Positions 56,182 to 64,000 of a DNA stretch of 64,000 nucleotides are shown here, in pieces. Positions within the stretch are counted from its first letter, which is position 1, and each line of letters starts with the position of its first letter. The stretch is taken from positions 2,111 through 66,110 of the forward strand of contig JASHPN010000162.1 of the NCBI GenBank assembly GCA_030038175.1. Reading direction: 5' to 3'. The notes beneath the pieces were generated by a model. That model was not told the DNA's origin. It worked only from the letters and a program-made list of their open reading frames with translations, and did no database searches. The translations under genes were made by a program, and so were the position numbers. Origin of the DNA: Verrucomicrobiia bacterium (GTDB taxonomy: Bacteria; Verrucomicrobiota; Verrucomicrobiia; Limisphaerales; UBA11358).

Positions 56182-57696
56182 ATGCCTCAGCAACTCATCT
56201 ATACCAGCGCGCCGCGCGGCATTGTCGCCGGGCGGTCGGGCTATTGCACCGTGGCCCGCAGCGCGGCGATGCGGGAGGCGCTCATGATGCAATTGGAAAG
56301 ATTTTCCTATTACCAGCACCTTTCGCTGAGCGGCGGACAGGAACGGCCCATTTTTGCCTGCCGCGTCGTGGACCTTCGCGGCGTCCGTTATCACGTATTG
56401 AGCCGGATTGCGGATGCGGGATTGGACTTTACCGGCCGCACCAACTTCATTGCGCATCACCTCGTATTCGCGCCGGAGGAAATCGCAAAGAATGCGTCGC
56501 CGCCGGCCATTCTGAGCGGCTGGCCGGGCTGGGTCAAATCCTGGACGCGTGAACCGGGTTTGCTCGAAAGTGAGGACTGGGCCGGACTGGCCGCGCTGGC
56601 AGGCAGGCCCAATACAGCGGCGCAAACCTGGCAACGCGTGACCGGTGACGCTCAAAACGGCTACGGTCTGGTGGAAGCGCGGCCCGGGGTAGTGATTAGC
56701 GTTGATCATTTAGCCGATGAAGACGTGCTGAGACTTTTTGCGGAAAGCCTCGAACTTTTGGAAGTTCGCGGACCGCACCGGGACCTGCACGCCGCCCGGT
56801 GGAATTACACTTTCACCACTTCTATGCAGGAACAGGATAATCCGGCGGACTTTCGCTGGCGGTGCATTCATTCGGACAATCCCGCGGCGGCCCGTTTTGC
56901 AACGCCTGATTGCCCCGAACTTTCGTCCATCCGCGCCGGTTATTGCACGAACGAGGAAAGCGCGTTTGCCCGGACGGGACGGCAACCACCTTATTTTGTT
57001 CTCGAACCAAATGACTTGCGCATCGGCGAAGGTGAAAATGCCCGGTTCGTCGCCCGCGCTGAAGGTATTCCCAATCCCGCCTATCAATGGTTTTCCGTGG
57101 ACCGCAATCAGAACGCAAAAATGTTGCCCGGTGAAACGAACCCGGAGTTGGTGGTTTCACGTCCAGTCCTGGGCATATCACGTTACCAGGTCAGCGCTGT
57201 CAACGGTTCCGGCACGGCGCAAAGCAAGGTGGCCGTGTTATCCGTTGAAGCTGCCAAGGGATCTTCCGGGACCAAGGCGACTGGGACTTCTCCGGTTCCG
57301 GCCAAACCGGGCGTCTATAGTGTTCGGCGCGATGAAAGTGGTGAAAGCGGGCGGCAGCGGGAAAGCAAAGCGTCAATGGTGACGGGGACCGGTGTTGGCC
57401 GCTTGCTCACGCGCGCGGCTCTGATTACAGCCGTGCTACTCATAATCGCGGCGCTTGTCGTGCGGCACCATTTGTTGTCATCCCGAATGTCCGCACCGGC
57501 AACATCAAAAAGCACGGCGGCGAACAATGCCAAAACAAATGCCGCCGCACTCCCAGGCGCCATGCCGCAGAAAACCGCAAATCTGAAACCGCCTCCGCCC
57601 ACTCTTTTCAATACGGCTAATATCGCATCCACCAACAATATCCGCACCAAAATCTATGCCGGCGGGCCAATGACGAATCCGGAGTCGCAAAAATGA
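56182..57696 (+). CDS. GAP1-N2-like N-terminal domain protein with Ig-like domain and a single C-terminal TM
   Basis: The N-terminus MPQQLIYTSAPRGIVAGRSGYCTVARS resembles the QL.YTS....G..G.SG[FY] start I associate with GTPase-associated protein 1 N-terminal domain type 2. PPYFVLEPNDLRIGEGENARFVARAEGIPNPAYQWF...YQVSAVNGSGTAQSKVAVLSV looks I-set Ig-like. The TM segment is LLTRAALITAVLLIIAALVV. ATGA overlap with the next gene. Confidence 0.6.
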   Translation: MPQQLIYTSAPRGIVAGRSGYCTVARSAAMREALMMQLERFSYYQHLSLSGGQERPIFACRVVDLRGVRYHVLSRIADAGLDFTGRTNFIAHHLVFAPEEIAKNASPPAILSGWPGWVKSWTREPGLLESEDWAGLAALAGRPNTAAQTWQRVTGDAQNGYGLVEARPGVVISVDHLADEDVLRLFAESLELLEVRGPHRDLHAARWNYTFTTSMQEQDNPADFRWRCIHSDNPAAARFATPDCPELSSIRAGYCTNEESAFARTGRQPPYFVLEPNDLRIGEGENARFVARAEGIPNPAYQWFSVDRNQNAKMLPGETNPELVVSRPVLGISRYQVSAVNGSGTAQSKVAVLSVEAAKGSSGTKATGTSPVPAKPGVYSVRRDESGESGRQRESKASMVTGTGVGRLLTRAALITAVLLIIAALVVRHHLLSSRMSAPATSKSTAANNAKTNAAALPGAMPQKTANLKPPPPTLFNTANIASTNNIRTKIYAGGPMTNPESQK

Positions 57697-60356
57697 GCGA
57701 GCCAGCCGAATCCCTTTACGCCACGTATCGCCGAGCCGTATTGAACCGCAACGACGAGGAGGCGCTCGGGATATTGCGCTCGATCGTTCGCGCAAATCCA
57801 TCGGACGCCAATGCGGCGGCCGAATTGGAGCGGCTCGACGCAAAAGTTTTGGCCGCGCGCCTGCGACATTTGGACGGTTCGGTGGAGGGAGGCGATGCGC
57901 GGCTCGTGGTGGCGGAAGTGGAGGCCATAGAAACTTTCGGGTTCAAAGCCCGGCCTGAAGGCGACGGCTGGCGCAAAGCCCAAACGATCCGCTGCGAGGT
58001 CCTGGTTGCGGATATCGCCGGACTGAAAACACAATCCCGCTGGTCGGACGCGCTGGTAAAAATAGATTTAATCCATCGGCTGCAAAAGAAATTTAAGCTC
58101 GAATTACCGGCCGGCAAGCAATTGGAAGGGCTTGAGGCCTGGGCGCGGGGTGAAAAAGAAAAGGACGCGCAGGAACGCGCGTTCCAGGCCCTCCTTTCGG
58201 AATTGCAGGTCCGCATCCAAAAGAGCGAAGAGAAGGACACGTCGGCGCGTTACGTGGAACTGCCGGAATTGCGGGATGATTACGAAGGGTTGCACAAGGT
58301 TTGGCGTTCGCTGACGGATTTTTCCCGTCCGATCCCGCCCGAGGCCATGGCCGCCTTTAAAAAGCGGTCGGCGCTGCTGGAAGCGGAAATCTACCGGCGC
58401 AATGCCATCCAAAGGCGGATCATCGTTGCGGCCGGGGTGACCGTCCTGATTGTGGTAGCGGCCATTGCCTGGGCGGGAGCCAGGGCAATGAGGGCGCATA
58501 ATTTTGCCCGTGAACTCCGAGCGGCGATCGCACAAAGGCAGGTTCACACAGCGGAAAATCTAATCGCCGACGGGCACAATAAGAATATCGGCAGCGCAGA
58601 TCTGCTCGCCGACGCCGGGACTTTTGTCGAAAGAGAAAATCTTCTGCTCACAAATTTTGAGTCGGCGCTTGCGGAATTGCCGCGGGAATTTCCCGACCAT
58701 CCGAACGCAGCCGGTTTGGATGCCGTCGCCGACGAATTCTCTTTGGCGCGCAATGCTTTGAACGCGCTTGCGCCGGACCTGAAAATAGAAAATGAACCGC
58801 GTGTTGCGGCATTTGAGCAGAATTGGCAAAACTACCTGGCCCAAAGCAGCGGAGCGGTGAACGACCTGTTGGCACAATGGATAGCCTCCGCCGAAAAGGA
58901 ATGCGATGCCCTCGATTACAATGCCCCGCTGGCCAAAACGCGAAACCAACTCGCCGCCCTTTCCGATTTGGTCCAAAAAATCAGCGATAACGCGGCGGGA
59001 TTCGGAAAAAACCTCCAGTTAAGGAGCGATTTGCTGGCTCGCCTGGCAACCGTGCGTGATAAGGCCGCCGGCTATCAGGCCGAACTGGACAAAGTGGATG
59101 GCGGACTGGCGGCAATCCAGCGAGCCAGGACCATCGGCGAATTTTCCCAGGGGATTAACCTGATCGCTTCCTCGGAGTTTTTGTCAGCGTCCGCGGTCGC
59201 CGGCGCAGCGGCTATTCAATCCCTGGACGTTAACGAAGAAACCACCCTGCGGTATCTGCTCAACGCCACCAATGCGAGCACCTGGGCCTATATCCAAAAA
59301 CAGCAGGCGGCGGATTTTATTCCGGAGGCGGTCATGCCTGCCGAACGGCAAATCCTGCGGAACCTGGCCAAAGATCCCACGGTGAGCGCAAACCATCTGC
59401 ATTACCACTTTTGGCTGGACAGCCAGGGTGAGAATTTTATCGAGTGGATCACCGCCGGGCCATTGGATACGAGCACCGGGTGGAAGACCATTTCCGCCTG
59501 GACGGTCTCGCCGGCCGCCGGCAGCGCGGTTTTCTCGGACCACGAGTACGGCTATTTCGACGGCCAATATAAACTCACCCCAACGGAACCAATCCTCCAC
59601 GTGAACCAATCCGGTTCATCAGACGAAACTGCGGCGTTTCATTCCATCGGCCTGGAAAAGGTTTTAGCGGGCGACAATGCGTATTCGAAACCCCTGCTGG
59701 AAGTCCTCGATTCGCTGAAAAACTCAGAGGATGGCTCGCCGCTTTTTCGAGCCTATCTTTTTTGGCACCTAACGGATCTAATGAACCTCCAACCGGACGC
59801 CTGGGGCGTCAGTTTCTGTCCGGCGCTCGTGGCCGATGAGGGCCGGCTTGGGACAATTGTGAACGGGGATTTGAACGACGGCGATTGGTTTGTGCCATCA
59901 AAAGTCTCTGCTTATGGCAAGCCGTTGGAACAATTTTTTGCCGGGGCCAGGGCGGTCATATATCAAAAACAGGCGAATGGGCTGTTGGCATTGGCGCAGG
60001 CGGTCTCAAAGAATGGGCTCCGCTATGCGGGTTATTGGGGGATGGACGGCCAGCCTCATTTGATTGGGGCAACCGTTCCGCAGGAGTTTTGGGCTTATAG
60101 CGTTGCCTTAAAAGAGCCGATATTGTTAACAACCTTGGAACTGGAACACGGCGTTTATGCGGATTCCGCGTCAACTTTGCAAGCGACGGTGAAGCGGTCC
60201 CGCCCCCTGCGGGACCGCGCTCCCGTGATGCCGCTCTCCCCGCTTTTCACCACGGCGCTATCACGCAAAGAATATATGGCAAACGCGGGAGTCAATCCGG
60301 ACGATCCTTCTTTCAAAAATGCTTTGCCGCCGTTCTTTCAAAATCCAACCCGCTAA
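57693..60356 (+). CDS. 887-aa single-pass membrane protein (helical N-terminal ~235 aa, TM, ~620-aa C-terminal region)
   Basis: Translationally coupled to both neighbours. TM segment RRIIVAAGVTVLIVVAAIAWAGA. I recognise no family motif. Confidence 0.6.
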   Translation: MSEPAESLYATYRRAVLNRNDEEALGILRSIVRANPSDANAAAELERLDAKVLAARLRHLDGSVEGGDARLVVAEVEAIETFGFKARPEGDGWRKAQTIRCEVLVADIAGLKTQSRWSDALVKIDLIHRLQKKFKLELPAGKQLEGLEAWARGEKEKDAQERAFQALLSELQVRIQKSEEKDTSARYVELPELRDDYEGLHKVWRSLTDFSRPIPPEAMAAFKKRSALLEAEIYRRNAIQRRIIVAAGVTVLIVVAAIAWAGARAMRAHNFARELRAAIAQRQVHTAENLIADGHNKNIGSADLLADAGTFVERENLLLTNFESALAELPREFPDHPNAAGLDAVADEFSLARNALNALAPDLKIENEPRVAAFEQNWQNYLAQSSGAVNDLLAQWIASAEKECDALDYNAPLAKTRNQLAALSDLVQKISDNAAGFGKNLQLRSDLLARLATVRDKAAGYQAELDKVDGGLAAIQRARTIGEFSQGINLIASSEFLSASAVAGAAAIQSLDVNEETTLRYLLNATNASTWAYIQKQQAADFIPEAVMPAERQILRNLAKDPTVSANHLHYHFWLDSQGENFIEWITAGPLDTSTGWKTISAWTVSPAAGSAVFSDHEYGYFDGQYKLTPTEPILHVNQSGSSDETAAFHSIGLEKVLAGDNAYSKPLLEVLDSLKNSEDGSPLFRAYLFWHLTDLMNLQPDAWGVSFCPALVADEGRLGTIVNGDLNDGDWFVPSKVSAYGKPLEQFFAGARAVIYQKQANGLLALAQAVSKNGLRYAGYWGMDGQPHLIGATVPQEFWAYSVALKEPILLTTLELEHGVYADSASTLQATVKRSRPLRDRAPVMPLSPLFTTALSRKEYMANAGVNPDDPSFKNALPPFFQNPTR

Positions 60357-60368
60357 GTTTTTAACGAT

Positions 60369-61334
60369 ATGGCACAATTCCCAGTCAAACCCAAATCCAA
60401 CAGCGCCGATGACAACCCGGAATTCCTCGCGTGGTCGAAGGACGACGTCGAGAACCGGTTCGGTTTCAAAGGCGGCCGTTACACCAACGTAAATCATGCT
60501 TTTGCGTTTCTCATCGGCGCGCTGCTGACGGCGATTCTTTACTGTCTGATGTTGTTTGTTTTCCGGCATATACCCGGCATCTCCAGAATTGCCGTCATTT
60601 ACATGCGGCCCACGAACCAATTCGCGGTTATCCCGGCCACGTTCTTCTTTTTTGGCGGGCTGACCGTTATTTTTTTAAAAGGGAAAAAAATTCAATTGCA
60701 GCAACGCGCGCTGAAATTGTCCGCGGTGCCTGCCGAACCGGAATTTGTGCTGACTGAAATGAACGCGGCCACCGTTTTGTCCCGAATTCACGCGCTGGTG
60801 GACCATCCCCGGCATTTCGTTTTGCTCAATCGCATTGACCGCGCTTTGTCCAATTTCAGGAACATCGGCCAGGTCAACGACGTCTCGGCGATTCTTCGAA
60901 CCCAGGCCGAGAATGACGAAGACCAGGTGGCATCAAGTTACACGGTGGTGAACGGCCTGGTTTGGGCCATTCCGGTGCTGGGCTTTATCGGAACGGTTTT
61001 GGGATTGAGCCTGGGCATCGGCAGGTTCACCGGAACGCTGCAATCAGCGGGTGACCTGGAGCAAATCCGCACTTCGCTTCAGGGAGTGACCAGCGGATTG
61101 GCCACCGCGTTCGAATCCACGCTCGTGGCCTTGACCTTCACGCTTATCCTCCAATTGGCCATTACCTTTCGGCAGAAGCAGGAAATGGCGTTCCTGGACG
61201 AATGCAACGACTATTGCCATTTGCACATCGTTTCTAAATTACGCCTGGACAGAGCCGTCCCGCAAAACGGGATGAGGGAGCGGCCCTTGACCACGCCACC
61301 GCCGACCCCAGCCGTCTCCGAAACCAAACCATGA
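60369..61334 (+). CDS. MotA/TolQ/ExbB-family ion-channel subunit
   Basis: Three TMs: FLIGALLTAILYCLMLFVF; then WAIPVLGFIGTVLGLSLGI and GLATAFESTLVALTFTLILQLAI. These reproduce the G.[LI]GT..G ... A[LF].[TS]T..G... signature of the last two helices of MotA_ExbB proteins. Confidence 0.75.
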   Translation: MAQFPVKPKSNSADDNPEFLAWSKDDVENRFGFKGGRYTNVNHAFAFLIGALLTAILYCLMLFVFRHIPGISRIAVIYMRPTNQFAVIPATFFFFGGLTVIFLKGKKIQLQQRALKLSAVPAEPEFVLTEMNAATVLSRIHALVDHPRHFVLLNRIDRALSNFRNIGQVNDVSAILRTQAENDEDQVASSYTVVNGLVWAIPVLGFIGTVLGLSLGIGRFTGTLQSAGDLEQIRTSLQGVTSGLATAFESTLVALTFTLILQLAITFRQKQEMAFLDECNDYCHLHIVSKLRLDRAVPQNGMRERPLTTPPPTPAVSETKP

Positions 61335-62425
61335 GAGAACGGTTCCGGACATTTGACTCGAAGATCAGTTTTTTTGCTTTCGCGGACATCATCACCGCTG
61401 TGAGCGGGATGTTAGTTTTTATCACATTGCTGCTCGCCACGGATCTTGGCCGCCCGGTCATTGGCGCCGCCCGACGCGCCACTTCCGAAATTCAACAGCA
61501 GCTTCAACAGTCCTTCGAGCAACAGGCGGACGCAGACGCTCAAATCGCCCGCTTGCAGGCACTGCTCGCGTCCGCGGAACGCGCGCCGGATTCGGCGACG
61601 CTGCAATCCGAGATTGCCAATTTGCGCGCACAACTTGCGGTTGAAGAAAATAAAGAGGCCGCCCTTGGAGTGCAAATCTCCGCCAACCAGGCTAACGTCG
61701 CGGCCCGGGATCAGGCGCTGGGCCTGACCGATTTGAAGGAAACGATCGCCCGCACATTTCAGGATGTGGAATCCCTCGCTGACGCGGAAAAGCAGGCCCG
61801 GGACAAGGCCCATGACCTGGACCAACAGGCCGCGCGCGTCGAGTCGCAACTCGTCAAGCTTCGCCAGCGTGAGGGGCAGATTTGGCTTATTCCAGACCGA
61901 ACCCTCACAACCAAAGAACCCATTCTTGTGACCGTAACCGGCGCCGGGATCAGCATCGAACGATTTAACCGTCCGAACCTCCGCGAGGATGCCAATGCCA
62001 GCGGAGCCAGCGACGCCTTTGCCACGTATCTGAGCAAGGCCCACAGCACCAACCAATACGTAGTATTTCTCATCAAACCCTCGGGCATCGCAACCTTTCG
62101 CAGCCTCGTCCTTTCGGCCCGCGATATGGGATTTGACGTCGGCTACGACGCGTTGGCGGAAAATCAACAGGTCCATTTTTCGACGCCGCCGCCCATTGAC
62201 GAAGCCATGCCGACCGAACACGAGACGGTTACGACTGCTCCAGGCTTTCCAAATCATGCGTCAGGCGCCGCGGCGGCGGGCGGGCCAGGGCATTCACCAG
62301 GCGCTGGGGCAGCATCACCGAAGCCAGGGGGGGCGCAATCGGCATCGCCCGCCCAAGCGCCTCCACCCCAGCCCAAACCCAAGAGCTGGTGGGAACGATT
62401 ATTGGAATGGCTCGGCCTGGAGTAA
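61331..62425 (+). CDS. ExbD/TolR-like subunit with TM aspartate, ~150-aa coiled coil, alpha/beta domain and Pro/Ala-rich tail
   Basis: The N-terminus ...ISFFAFADIITAVSGMLVFITLLL has Asp19 in the TM, as in ExbD/TolR/MotB. A Q/A/E/L-rich heptad region follows. PILVTVTGAGISIE...YVVFLIKPSGIATFRSLVLSARDMGFDVGYDAL resembles the ExbD periplasmic fold pattern. ATGA overlap with the upstream gene. Confidence 0.6.
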   Translation: MRERFRTFDSKISFFAFADIITAVSGMLVFITLLLATDLGRPVIGAARRATSEIQQQLQQSFEQQADADAQIARLQALLASAERAPDSATLQSEIANLRAQLAVEENKEAALGVQISANQANVAARDQALGLTDLKETIARTFQDVESLADAEKQARDKAHDLDQQAARVESQLVKLRQREGQIWLIPDRTLTTKEPILVTVTGAGISIERFNRPNLREDANASGASDAFATYLSKAHSTNQYVVFLIKPSGIATFRSLVLSARDMGFDVGYDALAENQQVHFSTPPPIDEAMPTEHETVTTAPGFPNHASGAAAAGGPGHSPGAGAASPKPGGAQSASPAQAPPPQPKPKSWWERLLEWLGLE

Positions 62426-62461
62426 TTTGAAATGAACCTGCCACAACCATATGTCGATTTT

Positions 62462-62591
62462 GGTAGGAACGACGCGCTGCGTCGTCCGCGCCGCGCAGAG
62501 CGGCGCAACCGATTACCAAACATTCTTCCGATCAATGACAATCTTTCCACCCGCTTTACGGGCGGGGACATCGCAGCGCGATGTCCCTACC
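62462..62591. repeat. 130-bp palindromic element (family C) inserted between two operon genes
   Basis: ggtaggaacgacgcgctgcgtcgtcc ... gcgcagagcgg ... ggggacatcgcagcgcgatgtccctacc. Same length, termini and core as 12222-12351. The wider insert 62442-62610 is flanked by a 10-bp direct repeat atgaacctgc. Confidence 0.8.
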
Positions 62592-62610
62592 AAATTGACT
62601 ACGATATCCG

Positions 62611-63531
62611 ATGAACCTGCGCCGTAAAAAACCCGCCGACAGCCTCTACATGCTGCTGGACACCATGTGCAACGCATTTGGCGGCATCATCCTGCTGGCG
62701 GTCCTGGTGGTATTGCTGACCAATAAAGAAAAGAGCCAGGCTGCGACGACAACGGGTTCGCAGGCGCTTTTAAATCGGCAGCTGGCGCTGGCGCAAACAA
62801 ACCTCGCAGAGTCGCTGCGCCTGGAATCGTCGTTGCAGGCCCGAGCCGCCGACCCGCGTTGGAAGGAACAAATGGCACTTTTGACCAGCCGCCAGGACTT
62901 GCAGGACCAGATCCGGCAAATGCGCGAGGCGGTCGCCGAAAACATGAAAGACGTCGAAACGGCCGCTGCCGCCGACCCGGCGGCGCGCCTGAAATTTCTG
63001 AACACAGAACTTGCGGACGCGCAGGCCAAAAAGCTTGCGGCGCAAAACAGTTTGGCGGCACAAGAGGAGGACATTAGCCGCCGGAAGGAACACCTGGCGG
63101 GTCTGCAACAGGAAGTGATTGCCAAATTGCGGGACATGCAACGTCCGTTGCGTTTGCCTCTGGAACACACGTCGGACAAACCGGTGATCTATGTGATCGT
63201 CGAACATGGGCGCCTTTATCCGTGCGAAAATCCCGACCTAAGCCAGGATACAACCGACATTCATTGGAAACCGCTCGGCTTTATGGCGCAGGAAGCGGAT
63301 CCGATCCCCGGCAGAGGGCTGGCGCCGAACGCGAGCGGCGAGTATTTCCGCCGGCTGTCCGGCAATTCCGTTTATGTGGCCTTTGTAGTTTATGAAGACT
63401 CGTTCGAGGCATTTATCATTGCCAAACAAATCGCCGTGGCCAGCGGCCTGTCCTACGGATGGGAACCGCGCACCGAAGCGGACGGGCCCGCGGCCTTTGG
63501 GCCGGGCGGGCATACGCCGGGGGCACAATGA
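62611..63531 (+). CDS. Second ExbD/TolR-like subunit with TM aspartate and coiled coil (paralogue of 61331-62425)
   Basis: ...SLYMLLDTMCNAFGGIILLAVLVVLL has Asp17 in the TM. A ~140-aa coiled coil follows. PVIYVIVEHGRLY...VYVAFVVYEDSFEAFIIAKQIAVASGLSYGWEP parallels the C-terminal domain of the preceding protein. Confidence 0.6.
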   Translation: MNLRRKKPADSLYMLLDTMCNAFGGIILLAVLVVLLTNKEKSQAATTTGSQALLNRQLALAQTNLAESLRLESSLQARAADPRWKEQMALLTSRQDLQDQIRQMREAVAENMKDVETAAAADPAARLKFLNTELADAQAKKLAAQNSLAAQEEDISRRKEHLAGLQQEVIAKLRDMQRPLRLPLEHTSDKPVIYVIVEHGRLYPCENPDLSQDTTDIHWKPLGFMAQEADPIPGRGLAPNASGEYFRRLSGNSVYVAFVVYEDSFEAFIIAKQIAVASGLSYGWEPRTEADGPAAFGPGGHTPGAQ

Positions 63532-63669
63532 CCCACGAAGATGGATGATAGAGGATGGAAGATGGCCAGGACGATCGTTGAGCGTTATGGTGCAGTTAAT
63601 TAGGGCCTCCTCACGTCGGCTGCTACGCAAGGAAGAACGCAAGCGCGAATCGAATGGTTCAATGCTCGT

Positions 63670-64000
63670 TCAATTTTGGATTCTCCATGTTTTACCGCCG
63701 TTTGATGTTTTATAAATCGCGAAGGAATAATCGTCGTCAGCGCCGGCCCGAGTGACCGAACGCACGACGGCCCAACCGTGCATTGCGTCCTGAAAGTTCA
63801 TTTGCACCACTTTTTCAAAATCAATGTTGGGTCGAATGGTTTGCCAGTGGCCTCCGGCATCGTGCGTCGAATACAAAACAGCGGCGGCATGGATAAAAAC
63901 GTCCCTCGGCGAAACATAATCAACAAAATGATCATAAAATTCGTTGCTAATCGGAAGCGCTCCGCCCTCCGTCCGCCACGTATTGCCGCCATCCTTTGTA
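63670..64000 (-). CDS. BNR/Asp-box repeat protein (C-terminal part; 5' end outside the window)
   Basis: Own translation extends the track ORF to the window edge: TKDGGNTWRTEGG...LYSTHDAGGHWQTI...YKTSNGGKTWRIQN. That gives three S/T-x-D-x-G-x-T/H-W Asp-box motifs. Confidence 0.7.
   Translation of the reverse strand, partial: TKDGGNTWRTEGGALPISNEFYDHFVDYVSPRDVFIHAAAVLYSTHDAGGHWQTIRPNIDFEKVVQMNFQDAMHGWAVVRSVTRAGADDDYSFAIYKTSNGGKTWRIQN

Noticed and set aside
62432-62614. 60-aa ORF between the two ExbD-like genes.
   Set aside because: It lies wholly within the inserted palindromic element. Its ATG is the upstream copy of the duplicated atgaacctgc.

Overview
This 64-kb window is a moderately GC-rich bacterial chromosome segment. 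The gene content points to the PVC superphylum, most likely Verrucomicrobiota, but that is an inference. The clues are a 2431-aa autotransporter-associated beta-strand-repeat protein, an adjacent prepilin-like H-X9-DG protein, an ECF sigma factor with a fused membrane tail, secreted enzymes ending in an 'F[YF]RL' module, and dense palindromic intergenic repeats.

I support about 46 protein-coding genes. Housekeeping genes are valS, cimA, hisC-hisD, pyrF, pgk-tpiA-secG, rsmA/ksgA, queE and ispE. Between them sit secreted hydrolases (S53, S8, GH79-like, a clan GH-A-like enzyme, a transglutaminase-like protein), a TonB-receptor/YfiR-like/hybrid-kinase triad, an ExeA/GspB-like pair, a VapBC module and an orphan antitoxin next to a toxin stub. 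I recognised no rRNA, tRNA or CRISPR array.

The most interesting region is 53.0-63.5 kb. It encodes a zinc-ribbon P-loop GTPase. After a 1.7-kb interruption there is a tightly coupled five-gene operon:
- a protein with a GAP1-N2-like N-terminus, an Ig-like domain and one TM;
- an 887-aa single-pass protein;
- a MotA/ExbB-type channel subunit;
- two paralogous ExbD/TolR-like subunits, each with a TM aspartate and a long coiled-coil stalk.

I could not match this combination to any named Ton, Tol, Mot, Zorya or gliding system, so I propose it as a candidate undescribed envelope-spanning, ion-driven, GTPase-linked system.

A second notable theme is several palindromic MITE/REP-like repeat families. 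Some copies sit in frame inside valS and hisC. One copy inserted exactly at the start codon of an operon gene and carries a 10-bp flanking duplication.
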